The notes: generated by a model from the sequence alone, not told the origin. DNA of 53,076 nt from Rhizaria sp. SCN 62-66 (GCA_001724265.1 MEDY01000203.1:1-53076), one strand, 5' to 3'. Shown: positions 26,301 to 40,450, counted from the stretch's first letter. Numbers and translations: made by a program.

Positions 26301-29300
26301 GCGCAGAGACGGCAGCTTGGGGACAGCTGCAGCACCGCTGTTGTTGTTCGCGGTCATCATATTGTCTGCAGCAACAGTGAGCAAAGTGTGCGCCAAAGGC
26401 AGTGGCATCAAACTCGCCGTTACAGCGGCCGCGCTCACAGAAGCAGTGTTCAGTGTGAAACCGCCGATAGCCACTCCGCTGTCACTGTTGCCCACAGTTG
26501 TAGCTGCGCGGGCAACGCCACGTGCGACAGGTCGAGCAATCTCTAAAGTCAAGCCGCGGACGCGGATGACGGCCGTAGTGACCGCTGTTGCAACAGCAGC
26601 GCTCTCAGTTGCCGCAGTCGCAGGCAAAACAAACGCGAGCGTGCCATAAGTGCCCGAGGCCGGCGTCAGTGCCCTTGGCGGCGGAATCAGAGTCGTGTAC
26701 GGATGCCGCCATACAGAGAGCTGCGCAGGAGGGACAAACCCGCATGTGGCGTTCGCGGCAGCAGTGGCAATAGCAGCCGCGACGGAGGCGGCAGCGGGGT
26801 GCAAGAGGCCACGGCTACTGGTGGTCCTTGGCGACAGCACAGTGAGAGGCGCAAAGGGAAACGTAGCAATACATGCGGAGCTGGCTTGCGCAAAGTGCAC
26901 CGGTGTGATGAGACGGAGGTCAGCAACGCTCATCGTTGCCTCAGAAACGTACCACCTCACCAGAGCACTGGCACTGCGAGAGGGCTTAAACTGATAGTTA
27001 GAGGTCGAATACACGTCTCTATCGCTCCCACTATCGTCGTTGTCGTCATTGTCACCATCGTCGATAGCGTCAGCAGGAGAAAGGGCAGCACGACCAGTAG
27101 TCGTGTTGCGGGCGCCTGTGAAGCCATTGTCACCGACAGCCTCTGTTGTCTTAGTCTCAGCACGTGCGTTCTTTTCACCAGCATCGCGCTTCTCAGTGGC
27201 GCTCGAGTTAGAATCGTTGCTCTCGAGACTGCTGGGAGACTTGGCCGACGCAGAAGCAGCTGTCGGAGTGGAACCAAGCCCAGAGCGGGCCTTCAATGCC
27301 GTCGCGACCGTGCTAAGCAGTGAAAAACCAAAGCCACTGAAAAAACCGCCGCTGGGGGTCTCGGCCTCCGCGCGAGGCCCCTGCTCAGCATCGTGATGAG
27401 CGTCATCAGTCTTCGACTCTGCATCAGTGACGCTGATAGCAATAGAATCGGGCTTATTGCTAACGTTGGAGTGAGCTGATTCGGCGTCATCAAGAGGAGC
27501 CTGTTTGTTGAAGTTGCTCTGTGTCATCTTCGTGTCCGCGAACGACTCCGTGAGCGACTGCGAGCGCGACTTCGACGTCCTCTCGCGGTCGGCTTCGGCA
27601 GCGCTCGTGTCGTCAGTCTCAGCTGGCAGCGCGAGAACGGAAGACATAAACACGGTCAAGGCGGCCAGGCTTTGAATCTCCTCGACCACAGTCACTTCGC
27701 TAGCCTCCAGTGTAATCTTCACTGCGATACTAGCTGCTCGTGTATCATCAACAGGGGAAATTGAAGCATGGGGTACAGAGACGGTAAGCACCACCGCGAG
27801 CTTATCCCCACTACCCGCGTCGGTGTTAGAGACTGTGAAACCAAGCAAAGGCACAGGCAGCTCGACCATCTCACACGCGCTCGCGGCGTCGGCAGCAGAA
27901 GCGTCAGCGTCAGCGTGCGCGGCGGCCGCTGCGGCCGCGGTTGCGCTCGCCGCAGCGTTGGCCTCGAACTGGCGTGATGAAGCAGCGGCGACAGGCACCG
28001 CAGCAGCGTCTCCAGCAACTTCGTCCTCGTCTTCGTCCTCCTCAGCAGCGGCGGCGGCAGCAGCGGCAGCAGCGGCGGCCGTGGCGGCAGCAGCGGCAGT
28101 AGCAGCAGCGGCGGCAGCGGCTGTGGCAGCCGTAGTCGCAGCGGCTGCGGCTGCCGCAAAGGCAGCGACAGTCCCAGCAACAACGGACGCTGAGCGCGCA
28201 GCAGTCGCAGCGGCGCGGGGCGCGTGTTTGCCAGTGTACACGAGCAAAGAGCGCGCGCCCAGAGTGACGCCAGTGCTCGGAGGCTGTGCGATGCTCGATG
28301 CCACCGGGCCCGTAGAGCTCTGCAGGCCTGTGGCGACGAGGCAAACAGCGCCAGCCTCGGCCTCCGCCTCGGCCTCAGCAACCGCAGCCGCTGCAGCGGC
28401 AGCAGCGGCAGCGGCAGCCTTGAAGCCGCTAAGACTGCTGCTACTGCTGTTGGCGTCCGCGCGAGCACGGGCGCGAGCGCGTGCGCGAGCGGTCTCAGTG
28501 TCTGCAGTGGGCGTAAGAGAGAGTGACATAACGCCGGTCACGCTTACAGTCACTTCCCGTGATGCGCTGTAGTCGCCAATGACAGACGGGAACAGAATAG
28601 AGGCCGCGTGCGCCAAGAACTGCCGGAGACGCCGCGAGCGCCCGCCGCCGCCGCGCGCGCGGGGACCAAGGAACGAGGCGGGCACCGCTGCGGCCACGGA
28701 GGCGGCAGTCACGATGGTGCGGCTGTAGCGGTGCTTCTGGCTCTGCGTCTGCTGTTCGGCGGGAGCCGACTGAGAGTGTGAGCGCGTGGGCCGCGGGAGC
28801 GCGGGGACGGCAAGCGGGAGCAGCAGTTGCGGTGCGGTCACCGTGAGCAGCAGCTCTAGATGCAAGATATCAGCGAGCGAAGTTACAAGCGCAGTGCCGT
28901 CTTCGTCATCAGCAACTGCGTTCGCATCAGCCGCAGCGTCCGCAGCAGCCGCGGCCGCCGCGGCAGTCGCGGTTGCGGCCTCGGCCGCGCCGGCCTCCGT
29001 GTATGGCGCCGCAGTGGCAGCGGCGGCGGCAGCGGCAGCAACGATCGCGGCCGCAGCAGGCGCGGTCGGCAGGGCGGTCCAATCACGCGCGTTTACAGTC
29101 AGCGCGCGCGCCGCGGCGGCCACACTGGCGCACCAACGCTGCGGCGCCAGGGACGCGGCCATGCCCCCCGCCGCTGCCGCAGCAACGGCAGACACCGCCG
29201 CAGCCGCTGCAGCGCCGCCCGCGCCCGCCACAGCCGCGGCGACACTCGCGACAGTCGCGCTAGCCGTGTTCTCAACCGCGCTGGCGGCCGCGGCGGCCGC

Positions 29301-32300
29301 GGCGGAGGCGGAGGCGGCGGCGGCGTCAGCCGCAGTGCCCGTGCGGGACTGCACGCGCTGCATCGCGGCGGGGCCGGAGTGGTGGCCGCCAGCAGCCGGG
29401 CTAAAGTGGCTGAGGTGCAGGCTGGACCGGCGGCCGAGGTTAGACTCGTTATCGCCCGCCAGCGCAGCGGCGGCCGCGGCGGCCGCGGCGGCAGAGGCGG
29501 AGTCCGTTTCAGTCGCAGCTGCGGCTGCAGCGGCTGCAGCTACTGCGGCTGTAACAGCGGCCGCTTCCTCAGCGGCTTCGGCGCACTGGCCCCAAAGCAG
29601 AACTGAGAAAATGGGCTCCCTGAGCTCCGGGGGAAAGAGCAGCGGCCGCGTGAGTGCATCCACAGCAGCGGCAACCCCCTCGGCGGCCGCCGAGGCCGCC
29701 GGGATCGCAGGCACGCGCGCGGACTCGTCGAGCGCGGCGCCGCGGCCGTTGAGCCCGCTCGCGCGGCCGCCGTAGTTCGCGCCGGCGCCCGCAGCGGCCG
29801 AGGCGGTGATGACCGGGGGCGGGAGCGGGCGAAAGGCCTGGAGCGACCGGCACGACAGGAACACAGTGGGCTGCAGCGGGAACGCGAACGGGGGCGGCGG
29901 AGACTCGCGGCGGGCAATATTCGAGGCAGTGATAGTTGAGCTCTCACGGGCGACGGCCTCGTACGCAGCTTCGTCGTCGCTGTCGTGATGGCTGATGCTG
30001 CCGGCAGTGTTGTGGGTGTGAGAAGCGTTGTCGTCGTGGTCCTCATCGCCGTCCGCGACAGTTGCCGTGCCCGCAGCGTTCGCGCTAGCAGTGTTTGAGG
30101 TGGCACCTGCATTCTTCGCAGTAGCGCCTGTGGCGGCAACGTTAGCGTCGGCGTCTGCACTCTGGCCTGGAGCGGCAACAGGTCGGCCGAAAATGAGAGA
30201 TGCAGCCGCAGCAGCGGCGGCGGCAGCAGCGGCCCCAGCAGCAGCAGCGGCGGCGGCCTCGGCCTCAGCATCAGCGTCCGCGGCGCCATCACCACTCAAG
30301 GGCGCAACGGAGGGCAATGAAGACAGGTTCGCGAAAAACGCAAACTGCTCCAAAGGATCCGCATTCGCAGCTGCAGTCGTACCAGCGTCACCAGTGACGT
30401 CATCGTTAACTGCAGCAGTAGTCACCGCAGCAACGCGCTTGTTCTTGGGGCTCTTGCTACTGCTCTTGCTGTCCGTCCTGCCAACACTGTCGTGGCGCCG
30501 AGAGCGGGACGCAGCAGCGACCCTGATCAACGCTGCGGAAGGGACCGCGATGTACGAAAGGTAAGCTGCTTTGCAGTCAGCAGCAGTCGCCAGCAACAAA
30601 GTCTCGGTTAGCAGCGCACGCAACTGAGCCTCAGCCGCGGCGGCCTTGGTCTGGGCGGCCGTGGCCACGGCGCCCGCGCCCGCAGCCACAGCCGCAGCCT
30701 CGGTCGCCGCGTCCGCTGCATCAGTGGCAGTGTTGTCGGGGCCTGGCACGCGTGGGGAATGCGCTCGCACGCGCAGAGACACTGCGGGCACGTCAGCCGT
30801 AACCGCGACTGCAAGCGAGGGCGGTGCGGAAGTGACTGGCGGCAACGAGCGCAGCAGAAGTGGCAGAATAACACGAGTGGCCGTTGCAGCGATGGAAGCG
30901 ATAGACGCGTGGACAGCAGTCGCGGCAGAAACAAGTGAGAATGAATCTTCGTTGTGTTGCAACTCGGCGTACTCACACTCAGAAGCGGCGTCAAAATCAT
31001 CGTCGTTGACATAACCAAAAGAATAGTTGTCCTCGCAGTCATCGGAGTCCTGGACGGAGCTATTCAGATCATTATCATACGCAATGTGGTCCTCACCGTC
31101 GTAGCAGCACTTGCGAGGGCTGTGGCCGTAACTGTTGAAATGATTGTGCGTCGCCGCCGGAGCACGCTGTGGCAGAGTCAGAGTGAACGTGACTTGTTCG
31201 ACAGTCCGGATGCGCAAAGTTAAGTCGCCCCTCACATCACGCACGTCGCGGCCATCAGCGGAAGCGACACTCTCACCGTGCTTGCCGGTCAAAGATAAAG
31301 CAGAGTCCGTGGCAACAGAAGCACCACTGGGGAGCAGCAAAGAGCTAAGTCCGTCAACATGTGAGCTGTCAAAATCGCTACTCTCGTCATCATCTTCGCC
31401 GTCAGAATCGCTCGCGAAAATGCTGGAATCGCCGTCATGGCCAGTAATCGCATTGCCGTGAGCCGCATCGCCAGCGAACAGCAAAGCCACGCTGCTGCCA
31501 CTGCTGCTGCGGTCACGCGCGCCGCTCTTGCGCCCGCTGCGACTGCGCCGGGGGCCGTGGTGGTGAGTCGCTGCGAACGCGGCAGAGACGGTTGGCATGT
31601 CAGCGCACAACAGCACAGGCCCACCGGAGACCGTGAGCAGTGGCTCGAAGTTTGAAGCAACAGCGACCGCGCTCGCGCTGCAGCTGCGGCTGCAACTGTG
31701 CGTTGGGGAGCGGAGCTGGGCCGGGCGAGCACCGCGCGGCTGAGGACGGAGGTCTGACTGCAGCTGCCCGCTGCGCACGCTATTGTAGCGGTTCAGGTAG
31801 CGAGACGGGCCGCTCTCAGCAGGCGACGGAGGCAGCATGAGCTCGCTCTGCTGCTGCAGCTGCAGATGCAGCTGCGATGACAACGGCGCCAGTGACTGAG
31901 AGAGCGACCGTGTTCGCGAGCGCGACTGCGACAGAGACTGGGAGAGTGAGTGAAAACGCGACTGAGGAGTCGCCCAAACGCCGCCAGCCGTGGTGCCACT
32001 CGCGTTGCTGCTCACACTGCCGCTGCGACTGTTTGCTCCGCTGCTGCCCGGTGTGCCGCCAGCGTACGCACCACTTAGACTCGAGTAAGCGCTCTTCTCG
32101 CCTGTGTAAGGGTGTGAAACAGTGAGCTTAAACGCGCTCACGTCGCACTCAAACGCGCTGCGGCCCGCTTTCGCGCCAGAAGCCAAGTCGCCCCACCTCG
32201 AAGTTAAGCCGTGGCGGTAGTGCCCGTTCCACCAGCGCCACCACCAGGCGTTGTCTTCCTCCTCCGCCTCCGCCTCGGCCACCGCTGCGGCAGCGGCAGC

Positions 32301-35300
32301 CCCAGCAGCAGCGGCGGCCTTCGCGGCCCCTCCAACCACGGACACAGCGTTGACAGAGGCGGGGACGGTCGTTACGTTGGACGCGGCCTTGTGGCCACGC
32401 TCGACCGCAGCTGCTGCGGTCGTCGGGGGCTTGAGTTTGGAAGCGGCAACACGCGGGCCAGTTGCAAGATTTGCAGTGTGTCCGAGCGTCGCATTCGCGG
32501 TCGCAGCAGCCTTGGCCGCAGCCGCGGCCGCTGCGGTCGCAGCAGCAACCGCGGAGACAGAGGCGGAAGCAGACGCAGAGACCGGCGGCAATGTGGCTGC
32601 ACGTGCTGCAGCGAGCAAGCGGGAACGCGACGGGGCAAGGAAAGTTAGGCCGCGCAGCTCGCCGCTCACTGTCACGGCGCTGACAAAGCGACTGCGACTC
32701 GTCGGTTTGAGGGCGCGTGACTCTGAAATACTCACACTATTGATGTTGCTACTGTAACTGTTTCCGCCGCTGTTGTTGCGGGCACGGGTCTGTTTACTCG
32801 CAGCCGTGGTATTGGTTTTCGCCCGCGGAGTCGAACTCTGGCTCACATCAAGTCCATGAGCGTTTGCGCTCCCACCTGCATCGACACCAGATCTTGCGAA
32901 ACTTGAACTGTTAGTCGTAACAGTGAGCTGTGACGTAACCGTAAGCGCCTCGAGACTCGACATCAAACTGTAGCCGCGCTCAGCAGTGTCTATAGTGCCA
33001 TGCGCATCGACCGCGGTCGATATGCTGCTAGAGTCAAGCAGAGGCAGCCACCCAGTGGCAAACGTGCCAGCGGCTGCCGCGACAAGAGCGCTAATGCTAA
33101 CTGCTGGCGGACTCGCAGCAGAAGCGAGAGCAGCATTGTCGCTCGTCGCTGAGGGGCTGTGCGCATAGTGACCGTGAGCAAAGAGCTTCGGGTTAACGCC
33201 GAGCAATGCGCACGCAAAGGTCCCAGCTTCCGCAGCTGCCAAAGCGGCATCTGAGTTCGCGAATTGCGGGCTAGTGCTATAACTACTGTGAGTGGTGAGA
33301 GACGACGGCAGCTGCAGTGCCCATGCACCACGGCAAGTGACTGTAATGACTTCGCTTTCGGCGTCGGCAGTGATGGAGAATGCTGAGACGAGATCAGATG
33401 CAGCACCTGTCGGGGAGTCAGACACTGTCGTGTTCGTCGAGAAAATCACAAAGTGGCCATTATCAGCCGCGCTCGGCAGCGTGGTATCAGCATCTTTAGA
33501 GTCATGCTCATTCGCAGCAGCGGGTCCGGAAACAGAATCAGTCTCGTTGGCTGTGTTTGCATCAGCTGCAGTCTCATTATCGGTGCCAGACGCTGCCACG
33601 GGAGCGCGGCGCGGCAGCAATGTGACCGTGATCGACTGCGCTGACGCGCGCGCACAGAGGGGCGCCGTCGCGATAACAGGGTCAGTGACCGTGAGCAACA
33701 GCACCGGCCGCTCAGTGCTGGCCGTCGCTGCACTCACGAGTGCCGGGACCAGAGAGTGCACGTGTGCGGGCGAAAGCTGGCGCGTACAGAGCCGCATCTG
33801 CCGCTGCAGCTCCAGCTGGAAGCTCTGCGTCGACTGCAAATGCAGCTGCTGCTGTTGGCCACGGCCCGGAAACGAGCCGTAAGAGCTCTGGCCGCGGGAC
33901 GCAGCAGCGGCGGCGGCAGCGGCGGACGCGGCGACTGCGGCGGCGGCAGCAGCGGTGGCGTTACTGTTGCTGCTGCCGCCCGACGCTGCGCCGCCGCTGC
34001 GGGTCATGGCGCGCGACGGCCGCGACTGGTACTGAGACTGGGACTGAGACAGAGACTGGGGCGGGAGCTGCGACTGCTGGCGCGACGGGAGTCGGGACAG
34101 CGACCGCGGCGACAGCGGCGAATGCGACTGTGAACCAGCACCCCAGCCGCCAGAAACCTCGCGATCTTCGTCGTTGTGGCTGTAGCTCGTCACAGCGTCA
34201 GTTGGTTCACCATCAACGCTGCTGAATGCGCTGTGGTTTGAATTCGCGCTATGGGTTGTGTTCATGTGCATTGTAAAGCTGTCCTCGTCCGCCTCCTCTT
34301 CCCGCTCGTCCCACCCGCCCAGGCCCGCGGCCCTGCTCCGGCCAGCGCCGCTGTCACCGCCGCCGAACGCGCGGAGCCCGGAGGCCCGCGGCGTGGCCGC
34401 AGCGGAGGACGGCGTGGGTGCGGGCTGAGGGGGCGGAAGCGCAAGGCCGCGGGTGGCGGGCACCGGGAGTGCAACCGCAGCTGTGCACACAGTGGCGGCT
34501 GCGGCGACGAGCAGGCGGTGGTGCTCCGGGTCTGCGGCGGGGAGTCCGTAGAAGGGAATCCACAGGACGGCCGCGGAGGCCAGCAACGGGGCCCATGGGG
34601 AGCCGCTGCCCCCGAGCCCAGCCGCGTGAGAGCTACTCGCAGCACGCGCCGTGCTGGGCTGCGCGATGGAGCTGGCGCTGGCTGAGGGGGGAATGGTAGG
34701 CAGGCCGGTGCAAGTGCTGTGGTGCGGGAATGCGAGAGCGAGCGCGGGCAACAGGGGAGTCCCGGACAGCAGTGCCAGCGACAGCATCTCGATCGCAGTC
34801 GGCCCCGGTGCAGCAGCGTTATAGCCCCCAGCACTAGGACCAGAACCAACACCGGCGACAGTACCAGCGCCAGTCGAAGCAGAGGCGGAATCAAGGCTTG
34901 CTGCAGGCGTAACGGACGAGGCACCCGAACACGCAGGCAAGGTGGCGGCAGCGGCCGCGGCGGAGGCGGCAGCAGCGGCAGCGGCTGTGGCAGCAGTTGC
35001 TGCGGCCGAGATCGGGAAATGCGACGTCCTGAACGGCCTGCGCGCGCTGCCGCTAGCAGTGCTCGCGGCCGCAGCGGCTGCGGCAGCAGCGGCGGCAGCG
35101 GAGGCAGCGGAGGCAGCAGAGGCAGCCGCGCTCGCATTAACCGCATCAGCCCCGGCGTTGCCGACGCTGCCCGCTGCATTCGCCGCAGCAGCAGCAGCAG
35201 CAGCAGCAGTGGCCGCAGCGGCCGCAGCGGCCGCAGCAGCAGCAGCCGGGTCGCCTCCGGGCCGGCCCGTGGCCGCGGCAGCACTCGTGGCGGCCGCAGC

Positions 35301-37829
35301 GGCCGCAGCCATCGTCGCCGCGTACGTCGCGGTCGCGCTGGTGCTGGCCGCAACGCCCGCGAGAAAGGCGGCGGACGGGGGCGTCAGGTCTGTCGAATCA
35401 AAGCTAAGCCGCGCCGACGCAACTGTGATGTCGCAGATGACGTCAACAATGGGCGCATCAGGGGACAGTAAAAGCGCAGCAGCAGCAGAGTCGTGGACAG
35501 TGTTCGAGTTCACAGAGCTGCGGTGGATTGCGGCAGGGACTGGCGGGGCAAGCCTGTTGCAATTGATGTGACCATAGTTGCTGTTGATAGCGCTGCTGCT
35601 CGAGCCAGCGCGAGCCTGCGGCTTGCGATAACGGCGGCGGCGGCATCCGCGCGCGTGCCCGCTGCCGCTGCAGTGCCCGCGCGCCGCGGCCGCGGCCGCA
35701 GTCGCCGCGAGCGGGTTGGGGTGCGCGAGCACGGGCGTGGGGTCCGACAGCGGCAGCGGAAAATCGCGACGCAGGTTCCTAAAAAAGCGGTTGATCACCT
35801 TCTGGGTGCGCGCGGAGTGCGCCAGCGACGGTGGCAACACGAGCTGGGGGCCGGACATCGCGGTCGCAGCGGCGGCAGCAGCGGAGACAGAGGCGCCCGC
35901 GCCGGTGCTGAGCTGGCCGTTCGCGCTGTTACTGCGCCCCCGGTTCGCAGCGCTGTTGCTGGCCGCCACCGCAGTCGTCACGATGGGCGGGCGGGCAAAC
36001 AACGGCCCCGGCGCGCGCTGCCAGCGGCCCAGGGTAACAGTGAGCGCGCCCAGCGTCGCCACGGGCCGCAGCCCCACGGTCGCGCCTCCGAAGGCGGTGT
36101 GCGGCGTGGCCGCGGCGACCGACAGAGTGACGGTGGCGACGGAGAACTCGCGCCCCGCCGCCGAGCCGAAGCAGTGGCGGTGACGCGAGATGTGCGCGAG
36201 GGAAGCGAGGACGACTTCGCTGTGCGTCGAGCCCAGCTCTTCTTCAGTCGCGTGTGCTTTCGGCTGCTGCTGCTGCTGCTGGAGCCTTTGCGAGTTGCGG
36301 CAGTCACACTCACTCTCACTCTCGCTGCCGCTGCTGTGCACTTCTGTGAGCAATTGTGTCTGCGAAAGCGCTGCAGTGCTCTTGGCGCTGTGGGCAGCAG
36401 CACCGGCAGTTGCTTTTGACTCAGTTTCAGTCTCTGTGTCGGTCTCTGTCTGACTACGGACGGCAGTCTTCGCGTTATTGTTATTGTTATTGTTATTGTT
36501 GTTGCTGTTACGGCGATTGTGTGCAAAGCGTGCACGGCCCTTGTGACTCAACGCATGAAGAGCCTTCGCGGTCAGCGCGTGGGAAGTTAGGCCGCCAAGC
36601 GTAACGCGTGCAACAGTCACGTACGCCCCGTTGGCGTTGTGCGCACGGCCCACAGCCGCAGCGCTACTGCTGGCGCCCGTGTCAGTGAAGATAGCAGACG
36701 CGGCGTCGTTGTCAGCAGCGGCCGCAGCGGCGGCAGCAGCGGCAACAGCGGCGGCAGCGGCAGTCGCAGCAACATCGGGACTCGTGCTAGAGCTTGCCGC
36801 CGCCGCAGCCTCGGCAGCGCTCGCGTAGCCATGACCGTGACCGTGACCGTGAGCGTCACTGCCGGTGTACGCGCCTCCCGGGGAGGACAGCGAGGCGAAG
36901 CTGCCGCGGCGAACCGAGGTGTCGTAGCGGTGCAGATACCCGCCCACGGCGCTCACACTGCCACGCGCCCGGCCGCCGCCGAGATCCGCAGCGCCGACGA
37001 TAGAGACACTATCACCAGAGGCAGCAGCGGAGCGACCGTGAGTCGCGCTGAAGTGGGTGTGCGCGACCGCAGCGCCCGCCGCGGCCGCCGCGCGCGCCGA
37101 GAGCCCGTGGGCCGGGGCGCTGAAGTGTCCGTGCGCGCGCATGGCGTTGAGCGCGAGCCCGTGCGCAGCGGGGGCGGGCGCTGGGACCGCAACCGCGACG
37201 GACAGCGAGGCGACCGTGAACTGCGTGCGGGAGAAAGCGGTGCGCAGCGTCTTCTCGTTCACGCCGGTCAGCATCGTCAGGAACAGGTCCTTGAGCAGCG
37301 TCGACAGCGTCAGCGCGCTCGCGGCAGCGTCCGGGGCAGTGCGAGCATTGCTGTCAGTGCCGTCGCTCGCGGTCGCGGTGTTGGGCAGAGCGAGGAGTGT
37401 GGTTGTGGCGGTGTTGATCGTGACTGTGGGCGCGCTGTCAAGGAAGTCCGTCAGCGGCAGCGTGACTGCAATCGAGTCGAAGTGGGCCGAGTCGAACTGC
37501 CACCGCATGCCGCTGTTATCCTCCCCTGTGTTTGCGCTGTTGGCGGCGCTTGAGTGAACAGCGGAAGCAGACGCAGACTCAGTGCTGCTGCCAACGCCTG
37601 TGCCAGCCCTAAAAGGACCGTGCTGCGGTGCGGCCACGGTGTCTGCGGTGGCAAAAGCGCGCGAGAGCGCCGCCAGGACGTCCTTGCGCAGCGACACGTC
37701 GCGCAGCTCGAATGACGAAAACGATGTGATTGTGAGTTCGACGCCGGGCCGCAGCGGGCCCGCGAAGAGCAGCTCGAGCCGGTGCCGCAGCGGGCCCGTC
37801 AGCAGCCACGGAGCAAGGCGGGAAAACAT
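5397..37829 (-). CDS. Giant VPS13/chorein-N (bridge-like lipid transfer)-like protein, ~10,810 aa including one internal TAG at 7199-7197; heavily expanded by Ala/Ser/Gln low-complexity inserts
   Basis: The 10,210-aa ORF (37829-7197) continues in frame through TAG (PNAYP*PQQPQQVQQQ) into the 580-aa ORF and ends at TAA 5399-5397. The N-terminus (FELRDVSLRKDVLAAL...FDSAHFDSIAVTLPLTDFLDSAPTVTIN) fits the chorein-N pattern. TLLTVTPLFFARNDTDVWLEV (~20880-20820) and WTRLLTFAPPLVVDNSL (~18570-18520) fit VPS13 VAB/SHR-BD repeat signatures. The ORF is certain; the family call is inferred. Confidence 0.7.
6965..7075 (-). repeat. CAG/CAA repeat encoding poly-Gln tracts in the C-terminal part of the giant protein
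   Basis: Reads PQQQQQQQQLQQQQQQLHEQQQQQLQQQQQQLQQQQ on the minus strand. Confidence 0.9.
36474..36509 (-). repeat. AAC/AAT repeat encoding poly-Asn inside the giant ORF
   Basis: (gttatt)n on the + strand, read as NSNNNNNNNNNN on the minus strand. Confidence 0.9.
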
Positions 37830-38532
37830 CGCGGGGACGCGCGCTGGGCTGCTCCGGGGCGATGCAGAGGCGCGCGGAGAGGCGCGAGCGTGAGTGGAGC
37901 TGAGACAGGATTCGACAGACGAGTGGATCCGCTCTGTGTGTGCGACAGAACAAAGTCTCTAGACAAGTGCGGCAGTGGCTCGCGACTTTTCAAATGGTTT
38001 GTGCGCTGTGGGTAGCGCCTTTTGAGTGGATATCAAGGGAGACGCAAGAGAGAACGGGGTGTTGGGGTCCCGACCTGCTTGAGTGGCGCTGTGGTGGGGG
38101 GGCAAGATGCAAGTCAGTAGGCGATTGGCAAAATTTCAGAGACAAGGATGATTAATAAAAAATACCACACAAAAGTTTGTTTCAATTCCCATCTTCAAAT
38201 CTCAGCGACTATTAACGATCCCTGTGTCGCCATAAAGACAAAACTAAAAGTCAATTTCCTCTCGCGCCATCCAAGTGGTCGAGCACGAGCCAGCAAGCAG
38301 TGCAAGAAATCGCACACAATTGAGTTTTCACAAGATGTATCCACAAATCACTGAGCAATCAGGAACAAAATTTATCTTTGTATGGATTAACTGCGCGTCA
38401 CACGCGTCTTTTAAAAAGTAAAAGTATAAACATATCAAAAAAAGCAACACTGAACAAGAATTCTGACATGGCCGCATCGCTCACACTCATCAGTGCAAGG
38501 TCACCTCGACTCGCGTGCAAGCGACTGCCCCC

Positions 38533-40016
38533 TTACTCGGCGACGAACTCGTCGAGGATCGTGGTCTGCACGAGCTTGCCGGTGACGAGGTAGGGGTCCA
38601 TGTTGCTCGCAGGCCGGCGGTCCTCGAAGTAGCCCTTGCCCTCGAGCTTGGCCGTGCGCGGGATGCGGATGCTCGCGCCGCGGTTCGCAACGCCGAACGA
38701 GAACTTGGAGATGGGCGCGGTCTCATGCGCGCCCGTAAGGCGGCGCTCGTTGCCGACGCCGTAGACGGCAATGTGCTCCTCGTGCTTGCGCTCGAGCTTG
38801 GAGATAGCCAGCAGGATCGCCTCGAGCCCGCCCTCTGCGCGCATGGCCGCAGTCGAGTAGTTGGTGTGGCAGCCCGCGCCGTTCCAGTCGCCCGGGATCG
38901 GCTTCGGGTCAAAGGAGACGATGACGCCAAAGTCCTCGCAGACGCGCAGCAGCAGGTAGCGCGACACGATCAGCTGGTCGCCGCCGGCGATGCCGACGCA
39001 CGGGCCGACCTGAGGGGGATCAAGTTGATAACAAAATAGATGTTTGAGTGGAAATATGACGTGAGTTGTGTTGCAAAAGTAAATAAATACAACAATTCAT
39101 ATATGTTTCAAGTATATGTACGATTTTTATCCATATATTCGAGCATATCATTGAGATTTGTTCGCTAGAGAGTGAAGTTAGCGTACCTGGTACTCCCACT
39201 GGCCGGGCATGACCTCGGCGTTCGTGCCGGAGATCTGGACGCCGGCGTAGAGGCACGCCTTGTAGTGCGCCTCCACGACCTGGCGGCCGTAGCTGTTTTG
39301 CGTGCCCGCAGAGCAGTAGTACGGGCCCTGTAACATCAGATATAAACAAAGACACAAAGACAGAAAAGTTAGTTCAAGAATAAATTTAAGTGAAAGATCA
39401 TCATATACAAAGCTCAATTTAAGTTGAAAAATAGGGTATCAAAAACAATGCAATATAATTGAAAGATACTGTGGTGCGATATCAAGCAGTGACGTCAGTC
39501 AAGATAAGTAGAGCTCATGCAACGCACCTGGGGTCCCGGGTAGCCGAACTTGGGCCAGCCGAGCGGCGTGACGCCGTCGCGGTCGAAGAGCGTGTACTCC
39601 TGCTCGATGCCAAACCAGGGCACCTCGGCCTCGGCGGCGGCCATCGCGAGCGCGGCCTTGCGGCGCGTGTTGGACGGGATGGGCGTGTTCTTGCCGTCGG
39701 GCAGCACGCACTCGCACAGCACGATGTAGTTGCCCTCGACGGGGCGCATCGGGTCGGGGTAGTAGGCCACGGGCAGCAGGTACACCTCCGAGTCGCGCCC
39801 AGGGGCCTGCTTAGTGGAGGAGCCGTCGAAGTTCCAGATGGGGAAGTCGGCCAGCGACTCAGGCTTGCTGGTCATGGTACGCGTCTTGGAGCGGATGTCG
39901 GCGCCGCTGCTGGCCGTGCCGCCGATCCAGATGTACTCGGCCAAGTACGAGCCGCGCTGCGGGAGCGACGCATAGCGGTTGGTCACCTCCCAGGAGAGAA
40001 CGGGTGCGTAGGACAT
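38533..40016 (-). CDS. GLUL: Glutamine synthetase type II, ~368 aa; exons 40016-39528, 39327-39187, 39009-38533
   Basis: Diagnostic motifs [88 protein letters not shown] and [15 protein letters not shown]. Two phase-0 introns (GTGCGT...CAG, GTACGC...CAG). TAA stop. Confidence 0.97.
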
Positions 40017-40450
40017 CGCGGGGAAAGCGGAAGTCTCTAAGACGTTAGACAACAGTGGAGCAGCGGTCAAGCGGTTGAGCGTTTGAGAGTGAAGGGGGAG
40101 GGGAGAAAATGAAGAGTTTGGGTGAGATCAAACGAAGGAATTGAGTGCTGAGCGAAAATATTCTGGAAGAATATGTGACCCGATATCGAGTATATCTAAG
40201 AAACTTGACAAGAACATGCGGAGTCGTGGTGGGATGCAGCGGCGCGCGAGCGGTGGTCGAGACAGTTGAATGACCCCTACTTGGGCAGAAGCAGGATATC
40301 CATGCATACCACTGCGAAAACTACCCTCGGGTTGACACAAAAAAAATAACAGTGTGTAAAGTATACGGTCATTAAAAATAAAAGCCGGGGCACGACGACT
40401 GCATCGAAAGTTTTCTCTGATACAACAACTCACACGAGGTCGACAACAAT

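Noticed and set aside
5400-37900. Hundreds of overlapping antisense or alternate-frame ORFs (for example 6783-8546 +, 28786-29775 +, 34262-35353 -)
   Set aside because: Shadow ORFs caused by high GC and GCN-repeat coding on the real minus-strand frame. They have no domain-like content.
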